NCBI GenBank assembly: GCA_024704765.1
Contig: JAKMXF010000022.1
Location: 573,055-637,054, forward strand
DNA length: 64,000 nucleotides
Source: Oopsacas minuta
Taxonomy: Eukaryota; Animalia; Porifera
Direction of reading: 5' to 3'
Made by a program: the position numbers and the translations under genes. Shown here piece after piece: positions 13,723 to 26,980 of this stretch (positions within the stretch are counted from its first letter, which is position 1; every line of letters begins with the position of its first letter). The notes below the pieces were generated by a model, which did not search any database, was not told the origin of the DNA, and saw only the letters and a program-made list of their open reading frames with translations.

Positions 13723-14832
13723 TTAATTTACAGAACTAGGTTTATGTTTCTTCTTTGGAGGCCCAACTACTGGGGGTTGAGTGAGTTGAGTGGCGGTAGC
13801 AAGAGCTCTGAACACTTCTGAAATAAGATTAGGATGAGAAGAAATTAATGTTGACCAGTTTGGGCAATCCATGACGTCAGCAGCATGCCCATATATAAAT
13901 TCAATGGCTTTTGATTTGAGTTGGTCTGCACTGTGTAAGTCAGCTAGTATCAATATGTCAGCTGCGTTTTCGCAAGTCAAATTCATACAAAGTGATTCTT
14001 CACACATAACTTTTAATCTCTCCAGTGCGTACTTATCAGCAGCTGCTAGAAGACGATCAGCAAACTTCTCTAGACAAGGAGAGTTCCCTGTGTATACGAA
14101 ATGAAGCAAGTCTCTAAGTACCTCTATATCTACGTCATCAATAGTAACACATCCTGTCTCGCTCTCCTCCATTTTGTGCTCGAACATTGCTTTGAAGACT
14201 GGAGACCGAGAAGCAAGTATTGCTTTGTGTGCGGGAATTTTCTCATTATTCGCTTCAAGGTAAACGTCATTATACATAGGGGTATCAATGAGTGTACCAT
14301 AATCTTGATTGATAGTACATGGTGGGATAACCAGCTTAGCTACAGAGTTCTGACTACAAGTAGTTACTGCATCAGAGACTACATTCACTTCGCAATAGAT
14401 TGTGAGTTTGTCCATTGGGAGGAGTCCATTCGCATCGTCCATAAGGAAATCTCTCCGGATGAACTTCTTAAACCCCCAATCCTTTCCCTGTACAAATCTG
14501 TAAGCCCTCTGACTCTCCATTGCCTTCCTCTCTTCTCTCTTATGATTTAAAATTGAAAATTTGAACTTAGCACGAACTTCTCCTTTGTTTCCTGATAATA
14601 GAAGGAGATATACTGAGAGATAGTCCTTGCTATCTTCGTCCAAGCCTTTGGGATTTACTCTGAGACACCATTTCAGGGGATCATCAGGACAAGATGAGAA
14701 AGTTGAGCTCTTTAGTGACTCACCCATATCTTCACGACAATAACTAAAATTTTCAATCGTCCAAATATATGAAAATTTATTGACTCGTACTTGAGTCAAA
14801 CACCAATTGTCCACTACACTCTTAGAAGCCAT
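13723..14832 (-). CDS. SPOP: Speckle-type POZ protein (MATH-BTB-BACK, Cullin-3 adaptor), intronless
   Basis: [12 protein letters not shown]...[20 protein letters not shown]...[18 protein letters not shown] (MATH); [17 protein letters not shown] (BTB); C-terminal PPKKKHK NLS. Confidence 0.97.
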   Translation of the reverse strand: MASKSVVDNWCLTQVRVNKFSYIWTIENFSYCREDMGESLKSSTFSSCPDDPLKWCLRVNPKGLDEDSKDYLSVYLLLLSGNKGEVRAKFKFSILNHKREERKAMESQRAYRFVQGKDWGFKKFIRRDFLMDDANGLLPMDKLTIYCEVNVVSDAVTTCSQNSVAKLVIPPCTINQDYGTLIDTPMYNDVYLEANNEKIPAHKAILASRSPVFKAMFEHKMEESETGCVTIDDVDIEVLRDLLHFVYTGNSPCLEKFADRLLAAADKYALERLKVMCEESLCMNLTCENAADILILADLHSADQLKSKAIEFIYGHAADVMDCPNWSTLISSHPNLISEVFRALATATQLTQPPVVGPPKKKHKPSSVN

Positions 14833-15461
14833 TGTAAGAAGTTGATACTCTTACAATGTAATAGTATATACTGTTTTGCTAGAATTGTTGAAAACAAATA
14901 AAATAATTTAATTGATTTGAAAAAGATTGAAAAAAACTTGCATACAGGTAAAACCCCGCCGAGATGCAGCATAATGAATAACCCGCTTACATCCCAAATA
15001 ATGTTAGAATAGGAAAACAGTCTGTATCAGTAACTTCTTATCACTGTTTATATCAGGTAGTAATATTGATTATGTGTAAATGCTTCGATATTTTCAAATA
15101 ATTTGCTTGCGACGACAAGTCAAATTGCTACACTGACCTTAAAGTTCCCGAAACTGTATATATCATCACAATAAAATATTGTGTTTGCAATGAAAACTCG
15201 ATTATGAGAGCTTGTTTGGGCGATCAATAACGTATGCACAACCCGGATAATCGAATTAGCATATACATAGTGGTAGAGGAACGGGACCAAGGAAAATATT
15301 CAGATAATTGAGGTTACACTGATATAACACAAACATAAATGCCACGCTAAAATCCTTACAAAACTGCAAATAATTAAGAAGCAAAATTAAAATATAATTT
15401 ACGTGAATAGTAATCAACTAAAACTGTAGACAAATTTCTACAATGAAAATATGAAATTCAA

Positions 15462-16595
15462 TTATTCCTTGCTGTGAGCAATCAAGGACTGGAATACCTC
15501 AGAGAGAAGTCTACTTAAGTAATAACCTTCTCTCGGAATTGTTCCCTCTATGAAGCCAACATGTCCTCCAGCCTCTGTAAGTAACAACATTGAATTAGAG
15601 TTCCTCTCAAACTCTTGGATAGGAATGCTCCTCCATGGTACAAAAGGATCATCTCTCGTGTTCAAACTTATGAATGGAATTGCAATACGATCTACTCTCC
15701 CCGCAGGGCTCGCATCCATATAATACTCCTCAAGTGACTTGTACCCATACATTGGTACCACGACCTTAGAATCAAAAATTGAAATAGTTTTCATCAATTC
15801 TATATCTTGCTGCCTGATTCCAGTAGCTTTGGTTATATTGTCAATATTCACTCGAGTAAATTTTCTCAAGTTTCCAGACAATTTATCATTATATACTTTT
15901 CTACTTATAAAACTCTTTTCGAGGCTAATTTGTGTCTGAAAGCAGTCCCAAGGCATACATACTGCTATTCCATAGGATACTTTACTATTAACACCAGCAT
16001 CAGAAAGATACTTAGTTAGGATCATTCCACCTAGAGAAACTCCCAGAGCTATGATCTTGCTGGAAGGATATCTCTCTTTGAGACAATCCAGCAATGCTAT
16101 AAGAGGCTGCGTCTCTGTCGCACAGTTAATTTTTTCACCAACAACTTTTTCATCTCGGCTACCTCGGTGATTGCAGACTACAACTTGAAGATTTAGTTTG
16201 CTAGCTGAAGCACATAGATGCTCTGTGTAAGGAGTTTGTGAGTTTGCAGTTATGCCAGGGATTATTACCAAAATGTAGTCACTATTTTGACTAGGTTCTG
16301 GATACCAATCAGTTATGAAGTTACGACCATCTTTTGTGAATAATTCCTCTATCTTATACTTTAGGAAGAGTCTACTTTGGAAAAAGTGTCTACCTATAGT
16401 GGTACCATGTCCGCAGGGGGTCCACCATGTCGGGAAGTAGCGTGCATTTAGAATAGGACAAGTAGAGGCTATGTAGTTACTGAAATTGGAATTGGGTTTG
16501 GCGAAAACTTTAGGTTTGCATGATTTGGATTTGTAGTAGATTAGGTATATTCCAATTGAAATTAAGCTTAATGTAGTAAACACTGTAAATACCAT
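15462..16595 (-). CDS. Alpha/beta-hydrolase of the ABHD1/2/3 family, intronless
   Basis: N-terminal TM anchor; GHGTTI, PGITANS, NHRG, nucleophile elbow GVSLGG, DDPFVP, catalytic GGHVGF. Confidence 0.9.
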   Translation of the reverse strand: MVFTVFTTLSLISIGIYLIYYKSKSCKPKVFAKPNSNFSNYIASTCPILNARYFPTWWTPCGHGTTIGRHFFQSRLFLKYKIEELFTKDGRNFITDWYPEPSQNSDYILVIIPGITANSQTPYTEHLCASASKLNLQVVVCNHRGSRDEKVVGEKINCATETQPLIALLDCLKERYPSSKIIALGVSLGGMILTKYLSDAGVNSKVSYGIAVCMPWDCFQTQISLEKSFISRKVYNDKLSGNLRKFTRVNIDNITKATGIRQQDIELMKTISIFDSKVVVPMYGYKSLEEYYMDASPAGRVDRIAIPFISLNTRDDPFVPWRSIPIQEFERNSNSMLLLTEAGGHVGFIEGTIPREGYYLSRLLSEVFQSLIAHSKE

Positions 16596-16638
16596 GGCTA
16601 TAGCTGAAACAAATCAGAGGTAAATAAGGATTTAAATA

Positions 16639-16783
16639 CAGTAGAACTCGGATAAGACGTACCTATCAGCAAACAAAAATGTACGTACTAACCGAAGTTG
16701 GTCTTCCGAATAATTTTCCTATACAATAAGTACAAGAACAGAAATCAGTTTTGGAGAAAAGTACGTACTAGCAGAGAGTACTG
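16639..16783. mobile_element. MITE (pogo/Tigger-like), 145 bp
   Basis: TA-CAGTAGAACTCGGATAAGACGTAC ... GTACGTACTAGCAGAGAGTACTG-TA; TA at both flanks. Confidence 0.55.
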
Positions 16784-17382
16784 TAATGACAGAAATGGAC
16801 CCATGCTCACAATGGATGTAGGATTTCGTATATCTGCTTGGAAGTTGTTTTAAGCATAGTGTTTTAAGGTATTTTTGAGGCACTCCACTCTTTGTTGGAT
16901 TGGATATACCGGATGCTAACAAGTGTGTAATTTGCTCCAATGGCAAGGATTATACTTCCGCCTGCAAGTCCTGAAAAATGTACTATTGGGGACGGATAGA
17001 ATTGTCTCCTTTAATTTATTTCCTAAAGATAATATTCCACACATTTTGATTCTAACCTTTCAGTGTATATGCTTAGTAATATCTGACTAGAGCCACAGAC
17101 AGTGTAATTTTCTATTATAAATGTATGTATTTTAATGCAACTTTAATTCATCCAAACTGCAAAATAGGAATACATAGGAGGTTACTACGAATATATGGTT
17201 TGTCACTTAATTGCAACTTGTCAATAATCACAATATTTAAGTGTGGCCAAATTCTACCGAGTATTAATCAACTTATAAACTAGCAAAATACTAGCACGTG
17301 GTAATCGTTATAATGAAAGAACTACCTAATCTCCCTTGAGATTACTCATTCATTATTTTTCCTCAGTACTAATATTAACAAT

Positions 17383-17721
17383 CTATTTAAATGGTTGGTA
17401 ACACTCTCCAGGTGCTAATACTGGCATTTCCATGCTAGACCTCAGATGTTCATCTTTAACATTTAGTACGTATCTATTCCCTTTGACCTGAGCTTGTAAG
17501 ACAGATTCTCTCAGATATTGTTCTGCATCTCTACCAATAGAAAGTTGTTCTTTTGTCTCAATTGAATTTAAATCTCTATTCTTTTTGAATTCAGATCGTA
17601 TTTTATCGTGAGCTAAGAATATTCCTCTCTCGTCACCTTCAAAAGTTCTCTCTGCTGTTCTGAATAACTTCCTATATAGAACTAGTACAGCACTCCTGTT
17701 GCTAAAACTGCTTCTAATCAT
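17383..17721 (-). CDS. LYRM7: LYR-motif complex III assembly factor (LYRM7/Mzm1-like)
   Basis: VLVLYRKLFR...F.GD...AHDKIRSEFKKN...IGRDAEQYLRESVLQ pattern of the LYRM7 family. Confidence 0.8.
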   Translation of the reverse strand: MIRSSFSNRSAVLVLYRKLFRTAERTFEGDERGIFLAHDKIRSEFKKNRDLNSIETKEQLSIGRDAEQYLRESVLQAQVKGNRYVLNVKDEHLRSSMEMPVLAPGECYQPFK

Positions 17722-18089
17722 TGGGTACTATGCAATAGCCGATAATATTCAAATAATATGTGCTTATCGTAAGGTCTACACTTCCTCCTCACAACTTAAA
17801 GATTTTATTAGTAAATGTTAACAGTTTCTCAATCAATTCTGACGAAAGTAAGTATCATTACAAGTTTGATAGAATAAAGCATTCAGATAATATTCGCACA
17901 AATTATTTGTATATAAAATAATCAGAAATATATGTACTTGGATAACGATTTACAAACTATAAAAATATAAAAAGTATGTACAAATATACAATTCAAAGTC
18001 AAGCAACAACTAAACTATACAAACAAGGTAGAAGGGGGCATGCATAAACTGTTCAAGCAATAATGTCTTTTCTAATTATTTCCATTTCC

Positions 18090-20831
18090 TTACATGGGGC
18101 TATTTTGAGTTGTAATCTTTTCAGCGGCTAAATTTTCAAAAGCTGATTGTTCTAAATTCTCTTTCTTTTCTAATTCAGTGTTTTTATTAGTTCGAAGTCG
18201 AAAAAAGATGATTAATAATAGAATGCCAGCAATCATAGCCAATACAATGACCACAATCAAAATAGGGATAACCACAGCTATTGTGATTATACTGTCGGGT
18301 GTGTCACTTGAAACAACAGCTAAAATAGATGGGTCAATATCTTGACATCTCTCACCAACGAAAGGAAAGGGACACGTGCATTGTAGTCCAAGTTGCAGAC
18401 TTGATGTGCACGTACCCTGGTTAAAGCAATGATCCTCCGGACAAGGAGTTGAAGTGGCTAATACAAGAAAGATAATAGAATAATAATAAGTTTGATAAAC
18501 TTATCCCTAAACTGAATATGTTGTTTATTACCTGACTGCGTGGGTGGGGCAGTTGTTGCTGGGACAACAAACTCACAAGTTGTATTAGATACAAAGTAAT
18601 ACCCGTCAGGGCATCCACAGCTAAAAGTAGCTCCATCTGAGGCGGGGATACAGAAATGAGAACATCCTCCGTTGGTCGTCAAGCAACTGAGATATCCAAA
18701 TCCTAGCAAATACAAATCATGATAGGATTATCATAAATATAAAATAATATTAAGCTCACCTGGTTGTAAAAATGATACACTAACATCTAAAGCATTTACA
18801 GATATCAAATTGCTATCTGGTAGAGAAACTGTAAACGGAATGACACCTTCCCCAGTAAATTTATTCATGTGTATTATGCTATCATAATCTGTAGGTAGCC
18901 AAATTATCCTATCATCTACAATATAGATAAAGAAGGTATGGTTATTAGAATCTGTAGAGTCTGGGAGTGAAGGATAAGGAATTTGAGAACAGTTTAGAGA
19001 TGTATTAATAACTGGACAAGCCATGAAGAATCCTTGCTGCCTTCCACCCCAATAAACGAGGTTGTCTTTCAAATCGTATGCTAGTGAAGCAACAACATAA
19101 TCAACAGATACGCGAAAGATTTCTTCGAGTAATAAATTAACCTAGATGAAAATTATTATTATTTTTATTAATACTATTAGTATAATGTGTTATTCATTCG
19201 TAACTTACACAAATGATATCTGAGTTTGAATTGCCCATGATCACAGAAAAACAGATGATGTCTCGTAGAGGATTAATTGCCAGAGCGATTGCATTTGCTA
19301 TCAGAAAAATTTCAATTTGTGTATTTGGGCCAGTAGGTCGCATTCTTAGAATAGAGCTACCATTAGTCCAGTAAAGATAGTCATTAAGCCAATCATAACG
19401 TAATACTGCAATAGTAAATGTATCGTTTAGAGTCAGGATAGTTGATTTATCGGATGGATCGGTAAGTGAGACTCGAGATAAAGTAGCTACTGCAGCATTT
19501 TCTACAAAGTACAGTTCATCGTTACTGATAGAAATAGCCAGCTGTTCAATTTTCTCCGTTTGAATCCCCATATATTGAGCTAGGACCAGAGAAGGGCTAG
19601 ATGATTGGCCATCAATACTACTACTTCTAACGACACCCAAGTTCACTCCATTAGCTGCCTGCTCATAATAGGAATAGATGAAACTGGTAGTGTTAGGAGA
19701 CAGAGAACACTCTGTAGCAGATGTTAGAGTAAATCCTGGAGAACAACTACACACATACGAATTCGCAGAGGCCTGTAAACATAGGTCAGAACATTGATGG
19801 CTAATACAACAAGTCTGATCATTACAGGAGAATGTAAACACAGGTGCTCCGGGTTGTAAATCAGGTTGTACCAGAGCGAATGAATTGGTAAATAAACTCG
19901 TAGGATAATTAACTATATTTCCAAGGCTTGGAATACTGCGTAACACATAAGTACCATCGTTGTTATTGCTGCTGAAAGAGATCAGAAAGAACATAGTGTT
20001 GTCAAATATACTAAATTTCAATGCATTTGTTGGGAAATTTACTTGTGATGCTAGAGGTTCCGTGTCTACTAATGTTCTGATGACATTAACCAAACGATCT
20101 AGAGTTGAAATGTAATCAAATCGGTGAACGGTTCCATCAGATAGATACACATTTAGATATTGTAAAGAACTGTCACAAAACAAATCTAAAATACTAGAAC
20201 TGGAGGGGAAAGATTCAAAAATGAAAAAATCCATAGAATCAGGCGACCCAAACATAATATCATTACCCTCAATCCAGAAAATCAAACCAGGAGCAGCAGC
20301 AGTACATATCTTAGACATACTTGTAGGAACTGTGAATTGTTGTACTTGAGTAATCTGTTGAGAACTGATGGAGTATACATAAACTCCCTCAATACCGTTA
20401 CCAGTTCCTATGAAGTATAACCTATCCCTAATCCAATCATAGCTTAGGTCTCCTACTGATTCCAGAGTATTGAGATCAATTAAAGTTATGCTTGAAGCAG
20501 GCTGGTCAGCATCGAAGAGAGAGGCGACGCCAATTTTGGTACCGAGGGAAAAATAGACACGATTAGAAGAGATACTATAGTCAATAGCGAAAGTTTGTGG
20601 TGTGGACGGAGAGGACACATTAATTGATTGTTCCCTAATTAGGAAATAACCAGTGCCATCAAGATTGTACCTCAGAATTGTAACACTTTCTTCAAAGCTG
20701 TATAACAACATATAGATGGGTGGTTGTATGTCTTGCCTACGTATTCTTACCGTATCATGCTCAATATTGTGAAATAACCCAATTCCACAGAAAATTCCCA
20801 ATATCAATATAATGCTGGCAGCTAGCTTCAT
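18090..20831 (-). CDS. LRP/LDLR-related single-pass receptor: SP - propeller - EGF - propeller - EGF - EGF - TM; 4 exons, 847 aa
   Basis: Exons 20831-19209, 19141-18760, 18702-18532, 18457-18090 (2544 nt in frame). Signal peptide MKLAASIILILGIFCGIG, RIRR furin-like site, YWTD-like repeats (LSYDWIRDRLYF, LRYDWLNDYLYWTN, LAYDLKDNLVYW), three 6-Cys EGF modules, TM IAVVIPILIVVIVLAMIAGILLLIIFF, tail with FENL. Confidence 0.85.
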
Positions 20832-21172
20832 TTTGGCAAATTAATCTACTAATTCAGATACGTATAAGTGAGGATATAATCTAGAACATATTAATCTTTG
20901 TAGGTTTATAGATATCTCATGTAACTACATTGAATGTGATAGTATCATATTCAAAAGTGTATACATAGAAATATGTAATGTTAGGAATGGACGTAATAGT
21001 CAAAATGCTAGATAATTGATTTACTGAGAAAATGATTCATACAATTAATCAAACAATGCTACGACGTAATCTTTCATTATTAAATTGTCTGTTAGATTAT
21101 TTAAAAGTAATCTGATTGCATTGTAACTTTTCGTATTTAGAATGCCTTAATCATCATATACAAAGTTGGAAA

Positions 21173-21319
21173 GGCTAGTGGCTATTTCTTTCAGAGTAGT
21201 GGCTATTTTTTTTCAGGGTATGGCCATTTCTTTCAGGCTAGTGGCTATTTCCTTCAGAGTAGTGGATATTTCCTTCAGAGTAGTGGATATTTCCTTCAGA
21301 GTAGTGGAAATTTCTTTCT
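21173..21319 (+). repeat. 21-bp tandem repeat, ~7 units
   Basis: Consensus GAGTAGTGG(C/A)TATTTC(C/T)TTCA, head to tail with no spacers, between the two divergent receptor genes. Confidence 0.9.
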
Positions 21320-21538
21320 TTTCTTTTAGGTGGGTATTACTTGTATTAAATTAATTTGGTGCTGAAGTAATATTAATAAATATAGCTACAATTACAATAT
21401 AGTATGTTGGTATGATTTCGTGTTAAACACATAGTAGACACATATCCACATATATAAAAGCTTGAATATTTAAACCTCAAACAAGCCAAACAATTTACAA
21501 ATTCATTGTTCAAAATATTTTAAATTAAATTATTGAAA

Positions 21539-24500
21539 ATGAAGATATTAATTGCAACATTAATCCTACAAATTATCCTCATTCATGGACAGAACAATGT
21601 TTTGTAAGTTATTTATGCAATTTATCATATAAATGCATGGTTATAGGTACTGTATTACCTCGAATAATCGCTTACAGTGAATTATTATTTCTTCTTTTAT
21701 TTTGGTCAATCTACTGTTTGTAAGGATAAGGTATGACTATACCGAAATGATCGTGGTTACAAAAATCGAAACTTCCCTCTCAAGGGGGCTTGAAATTAAT
21801 AATCCCCGGGCTATTATTCGAGATAATACGGTATTTACAATAATAAATTTCAATAATTTAGCAAATTTTAGCAAATATTTACTTAAAATTTACTCAGACG
21901 ATTGTGAACATGTTTTTCGTGTAATTAGCAGTTTCCAAAATGGTCTCCTACCCTTTTGTATATATGAGCCAATTTCTAAAGCATCAAATGATATGTTTAT
22001 ATTTTGCTTACCATTGACATTTCAATAATTGTTGCATAATAACATATGGTGAAAACTTCACAGTAGGAAAACACACCTAACGTTCCTAAATCAAAATTTG
22101 TTATTAGCCTCGTCTTACATCGCTCATGTCAATAAGAATCTCACTTTAGGAGCAGCACTAGTTACAGTGGAGTTTGCTAATTAGCACTCTATTTCCAGGT
22201 CCCAAGTGCAAATTTTGTATTAATTCTGTTCCTTTATTAGCAACTTTGCGTATTAGTTGGTATTCTATTTACTAATGTAATCTAACTTACAAATAAATAT
22301 TTATGAAAAATTTCGTTTAGGCAATGCCCGAGGCTAAGAGTATTCTTTGAAATAGATTCTTCCTTGTCAGTAACTCAAAGTAACTTCAATGACGAGATTA
22401 GACTCGTAAGAAGCTTGATTAACGGTATAAGACACAGTACTGGCAGTGAAGCTGGATTTATCCCATTCAACTCTCAAGTAATATTAAGCAGTCTGAGTGC
22501 ATTATCCACAGACTTAGAGTCTCAATTATCAAGGCTAAGTGCATTAGCTTTAAGTACAGAGAACACTAGTCTTACTAATGCACTAATATACGCAAATGAG
22601 AGTGTGTTCACTGAAATAACAATGTCAACTGTTCCCCAAAATGTACTAGTACTCCTAACTGATGACGTAGATAGTACAGCTGATGATATGGAGTTATCTG
22701 CTTTATCTGCGAGTCTCACCAATGACAAAGCTACAATTGTTATAGTTGTTGCATTTGAGAACATTATTAACACAGCTCAGTTGGGTTTAATTGCATCACC
22801 AGCCCCTGGAGATGTAAACTTACAATTATTCCCAGACTCTGGAACTGCAGCCGACAACTTCCAAAACATTTTCACAGACACCGGCATTTGTAATGCAGGT
22901 AAATATCACAAAATATACTAGTTGATTGTATAAATAAATTTACTCATATTTTTTCTTAGTACCTCTTGAAGCACCGATTAATCCACGAGTTGCTCTATTT
23001 GAATCAAGATCATTGAGAATCGAGTGGACACTACCTTCATCACCTGTTACAGCATTTCGTGTTTGTTACACAACAAACACAAACGCAAATCTCAACAATG
23101 TATGTGAGAACAGCGTTGATACAGGGATATCTTCAAGTTCACAATCTATCAATAATTTAACTCCCTTCACTGTATACAGATACACAGTATTTTCAATTAA
23201 CAATAATCTAGAATTAGGCAGTGCTTTACAAAACGCGGTTACTGACCAAGAAGGTAATTAACAAATCATTAATTAAGATCTGTGAGGAAATGAAAAATAA
23301 TTCAAATTGTATGTTATAGGTTCAGACGTACCCGTAAGATTTATTACAGCACAAGTACTAAGCTTCAATAGTGTTACTGTAACTTGGGAAGATCCAGTGC
23401 TCTTGGGCAGAAATGGAGTAATTACAGAATACGAAGTATGCTACCTTCCAGTTGGAAGAGAAATATGTGAACCCCTTGTAATTGTCAATCAAGCTATACT
23501 AACACATACAACCACTGCTTTAATGGCAAACACTGAATACATTGTTAGAATTACTCCCCTCACTTCTGCAGCTGATCAACCCAGAGGAATGGCCAATGAA
23601 GAATCCTTTACAACACGTAAGTTACACATAATTTATTCCTATAGTGAAGACACCCGTTTGAATTATATAATATTCTTCTAGCACGTTTCCCACAAATCTT
23701 GCTACTAACAGCTGAAGTAATATCTGCTACAGAAATAGTTGTAGAATGGGCCCGACCTGTCTACTCCGTACTAAACTACAGGTTAACAGCTACTAATGGT
23801 GCTAATGTAGTCACAGTGTTACCCTTGGAGTCGTATACCAACTTCACGTTAAATAATCTCAGTCCCTTTACTGAATATACAATAGAAATAGTAGCTATCA
23901 CTTCTAATGGAGCATCTCTTCCAAGTAATAATCTAACAGCACTTACTTTCGAAGCAGGTAATAATTATCCCCAAAAGTATTAATTTGTTATAGAAACATG
24001 TTTTAGTAATTTTATAATCCTTAGCCCCTACTGGTACAGTCCAGAATCTAATAGCTAACGGAGCCAATCCTACTTCCATACAAGTAAACTTTACAGAGCC
24101 ACCTATGGACCAATGGAACGGTGTACTCCTTTCCTATGTGATATGCGTGAGAGCTATACAAGGAACAAGTTGTATTCGAAGAGTGAGTGTTGAGTATGCG
24201 CCATCTGTATCTATCGAAATTGATGGTCTAGTATCTGATACCCCATACAATGTTTCTGTAATAGCAATAAATGGAGTAGATATAGGACCTGAAATATACA
24301 CTCTAACATCAACACCAGCAGGTGAGAATTATTAATAGTTATATATTGTAAATTGTAAATTTCTACAATTAGGGAATTCTACTACAAAAAGACGAAATTT
24401 GCGCTAGTTTCCAAAGTTAGGATAATTTGGTTTCATATAATAAAACTTCAGATTATACGATCGAATTACGCCAAATCCGGTTCCGATATATGTCGAGTTG

Positions 24501-26787
24501 AGTTATGCAGTCAATCTTATGTGTTAAATCTCGGAGGTGTTTTTTATGGTTTTGTTCAAGTTGATTGAAGAATTGGTAAGAGCTAAGAACGTGAAATTTG
24601 GCAGCGAACTCGAAGTGTTCGCCCAAGCCGCAAAGAGTAAGCAAGTGAAGCGGCGTGTTGTATTAATTTTGCTACGGCAAATATGAACTAAATGTTTCTA
24701 TTTAGCTAATATTCCACCTGTGTTTAATTTGAGAGGAGAGCAGACAGGAGCACGTGAAATATCTTTGCAGTGGGAGAACCCACCTGAAGCATCAGACGCT
24801 ACCTTAGTTGGAGGGATCAGAGTCTGCTACGGTATGGTTGGGAGTGATTGTCAGTCCCAAGTAGATCTAGCTGCTACTGAAACCAGTACTGAAATTACAC
24901 TACCAGAGCCAATCAGTCCTTATTTTATTGCTGTCTCACTGGTCACACCTACAGGCAGCAGAGGAGAGGCGGATACTATTCTAGTTGCAATTGGTGAGTT
25001 AATTTTAGAGATAATTATATTTAATAGATCATTTAGCTTGGAAGATGCCCATATGCGGATTGTCCCACTTTATGATATATGAGACTAATATCCATATGCT
25101 ACATCCCACTTATTTCTACCATCAGCTTTTCATGTATGGATTTAGTATTTATTGTACTAAAATATATTTAGAAATAGTGGAAGTAAGCTCATTGAGAGCA
25201 GATGCAGTTTCAGCAAACGAGATTGTTATTGTATGGACAGCACCAATCGTTCCATTAGACTTCACTCTACTCTCTTATTCTGTGTATGTGAATCCGGTGG
25301 GTGATTCTACAAGTGCTATATTCCTCAGTGTAGATAGCGATACACTCACAACTGTAGTGGAAGGATTAGGTCCTGACACAGAATACGAAGTAACAGTGTT
25401 CCCAGTAATCCTGGAGGATTTTTTCATCAGAAACCAAACAAGATCAGCTACAACTTTCCAAGCCGGTAAGTATACTTACAGTAGCATAGTGTTAATAGAG
25501 ATTGACCGAAAATGATTTTAGCGAAATTTTGGTTTTCTTTGTTTTCACTTGTACTCGTATTAGGATGTTCTTTCAAAACTCAACATTTGCGACTACATTA
25601 ATATTGATTGTTCTCCAATTTAGCTCCAGAAAATGCACCAGCAACAGTATGTGTAGATTTTGCACTCTCAACAGCTCTACGAATTTCTTGGACAGAACCA
25701 ATTGCTCCTAATGGTCCAGTATTAGCATACGAGATTATGTATGAAGGTACAGAAGTTGATACCCGTGGAATAAGATTAATTAATGCATCAATTAACCCGA
25801 TGCTCTTCGGCACGCAAATGTTCACAACTCTATCAGGATTAGAAGAAGGAGAGACATACTTGATAAACGTCAGAATTATATATTATGATGGAAGTAGAGC
25901 TTTATCATTGCAAGTACAAGGCACAACACTTGAAGATGGTGAGTAGTATAAATAGCAAATTGGATTGCTTATTAACCATAAATATTTAATCATAAACTTT
26001 ATTCTAGTCCCAGGCAGTCCAGTAACAGATCTAGTAGCAATAACAAATGACGACAGCTTGTTAGTGACATGGCTCCCACCTCCTCTACTCTACAGAAACG
26101 GGCTTATATCTAGTTATGACATCATCTGTCATTATACCGATGCCAACGGATTGAATGCCTATACTATTAATATCGTGGACGGACAAGAAACATCTGCTAG
26201 ACTATATAACCTTCCAGTACAAACAACATGCAATATTACAGTTACACCATATACACTGATAGGAGCGGGACCATCAAGCGATGGTGTGTCGGCAGGAACA
26301 CAGGAAGCACTAAATATAGGTAAATTATATATCAGTGATTTAACCAACATCAATGACATACCACCACAACCCCTTAGAATCATGGATATTTTCAAAATTT
26401 CCTGGATTTCTAATTTTGTATGCCAATAATATAAATTTTCCTTCTTTTATGAAAACAAGCCAGATTTATCCAATATTTCCCTCGATAATCCAGTGATCTT
26501 TTGATGGTTAGCAAGTATGAAATGGACAGTTATAACCAATACTCTTTTATGCTCTTAAAGTTAGATGAAAATTAGTTTATGATAATTTCCTTCATTTAGG
26601 ACTACTATGTAATGACTTCAGGATCAGTCTCTCTGTGATAACTGTCTTCAGTGCTGTACTAATAGTTATCATAATAGTACTGGCAGCTGTGATCATAATA
26701 GGCTGCTTAAAAAACAACAAGCGTGATGATCTTCCTCCACCAGGGATGGAATTGTATGCTCACCCCAACGCTCCTAAACTGCCATAA
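21539..26787 (+). CDS. Type I membrane protein: SP - VWA (intact MIDAS) - 8 x FN3 - TM - short tail; 11 exons, 1067 aa
   Basis: Exons 21539-21603, 22321-22898, 22960-23253, 23320-23616, 23682-23957, 24025-24321, 24706-24993, 25172-25465, 25624-25938, 26008-26319, 26600-26787 sum to 3204 nt in frame. SP MKILIATLILQIILIHG; MIDAS DSSLS...T...LTDD; one FN3 per phase-1 exon; TM ISLSVITVFSAVLIVIIIVLAAVIIIGCL; tail DDLPPPGMELYAHPNAPKLP. Confidence 0.88.
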
Positions 26788-26980
26788 TACTCAACTATGT
26801 GTATATTATGATGTAATTTTGTATAAATAGCTAACATATGCATGCGTAGCGTATAGTAAATACTCATATTTATATCCATTTTGATGTGTGTATTAGTATT
26901 GCATGAATGTGTATTCAGGTTGTATTAAAATTAGTTCTTTGATAATTTAAAATACACAAGAAGGTGATAAATTTCATATA

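Noticed and set aside
21166-21354. 62-aa ORF with repeated VAISFR units; possible CRISPR-like array
   Set aside because: It is the translation of a head-to-tail 21-bp tandem repeat. There are no unique spacers, no cas genes, and the context is eukaryotic.
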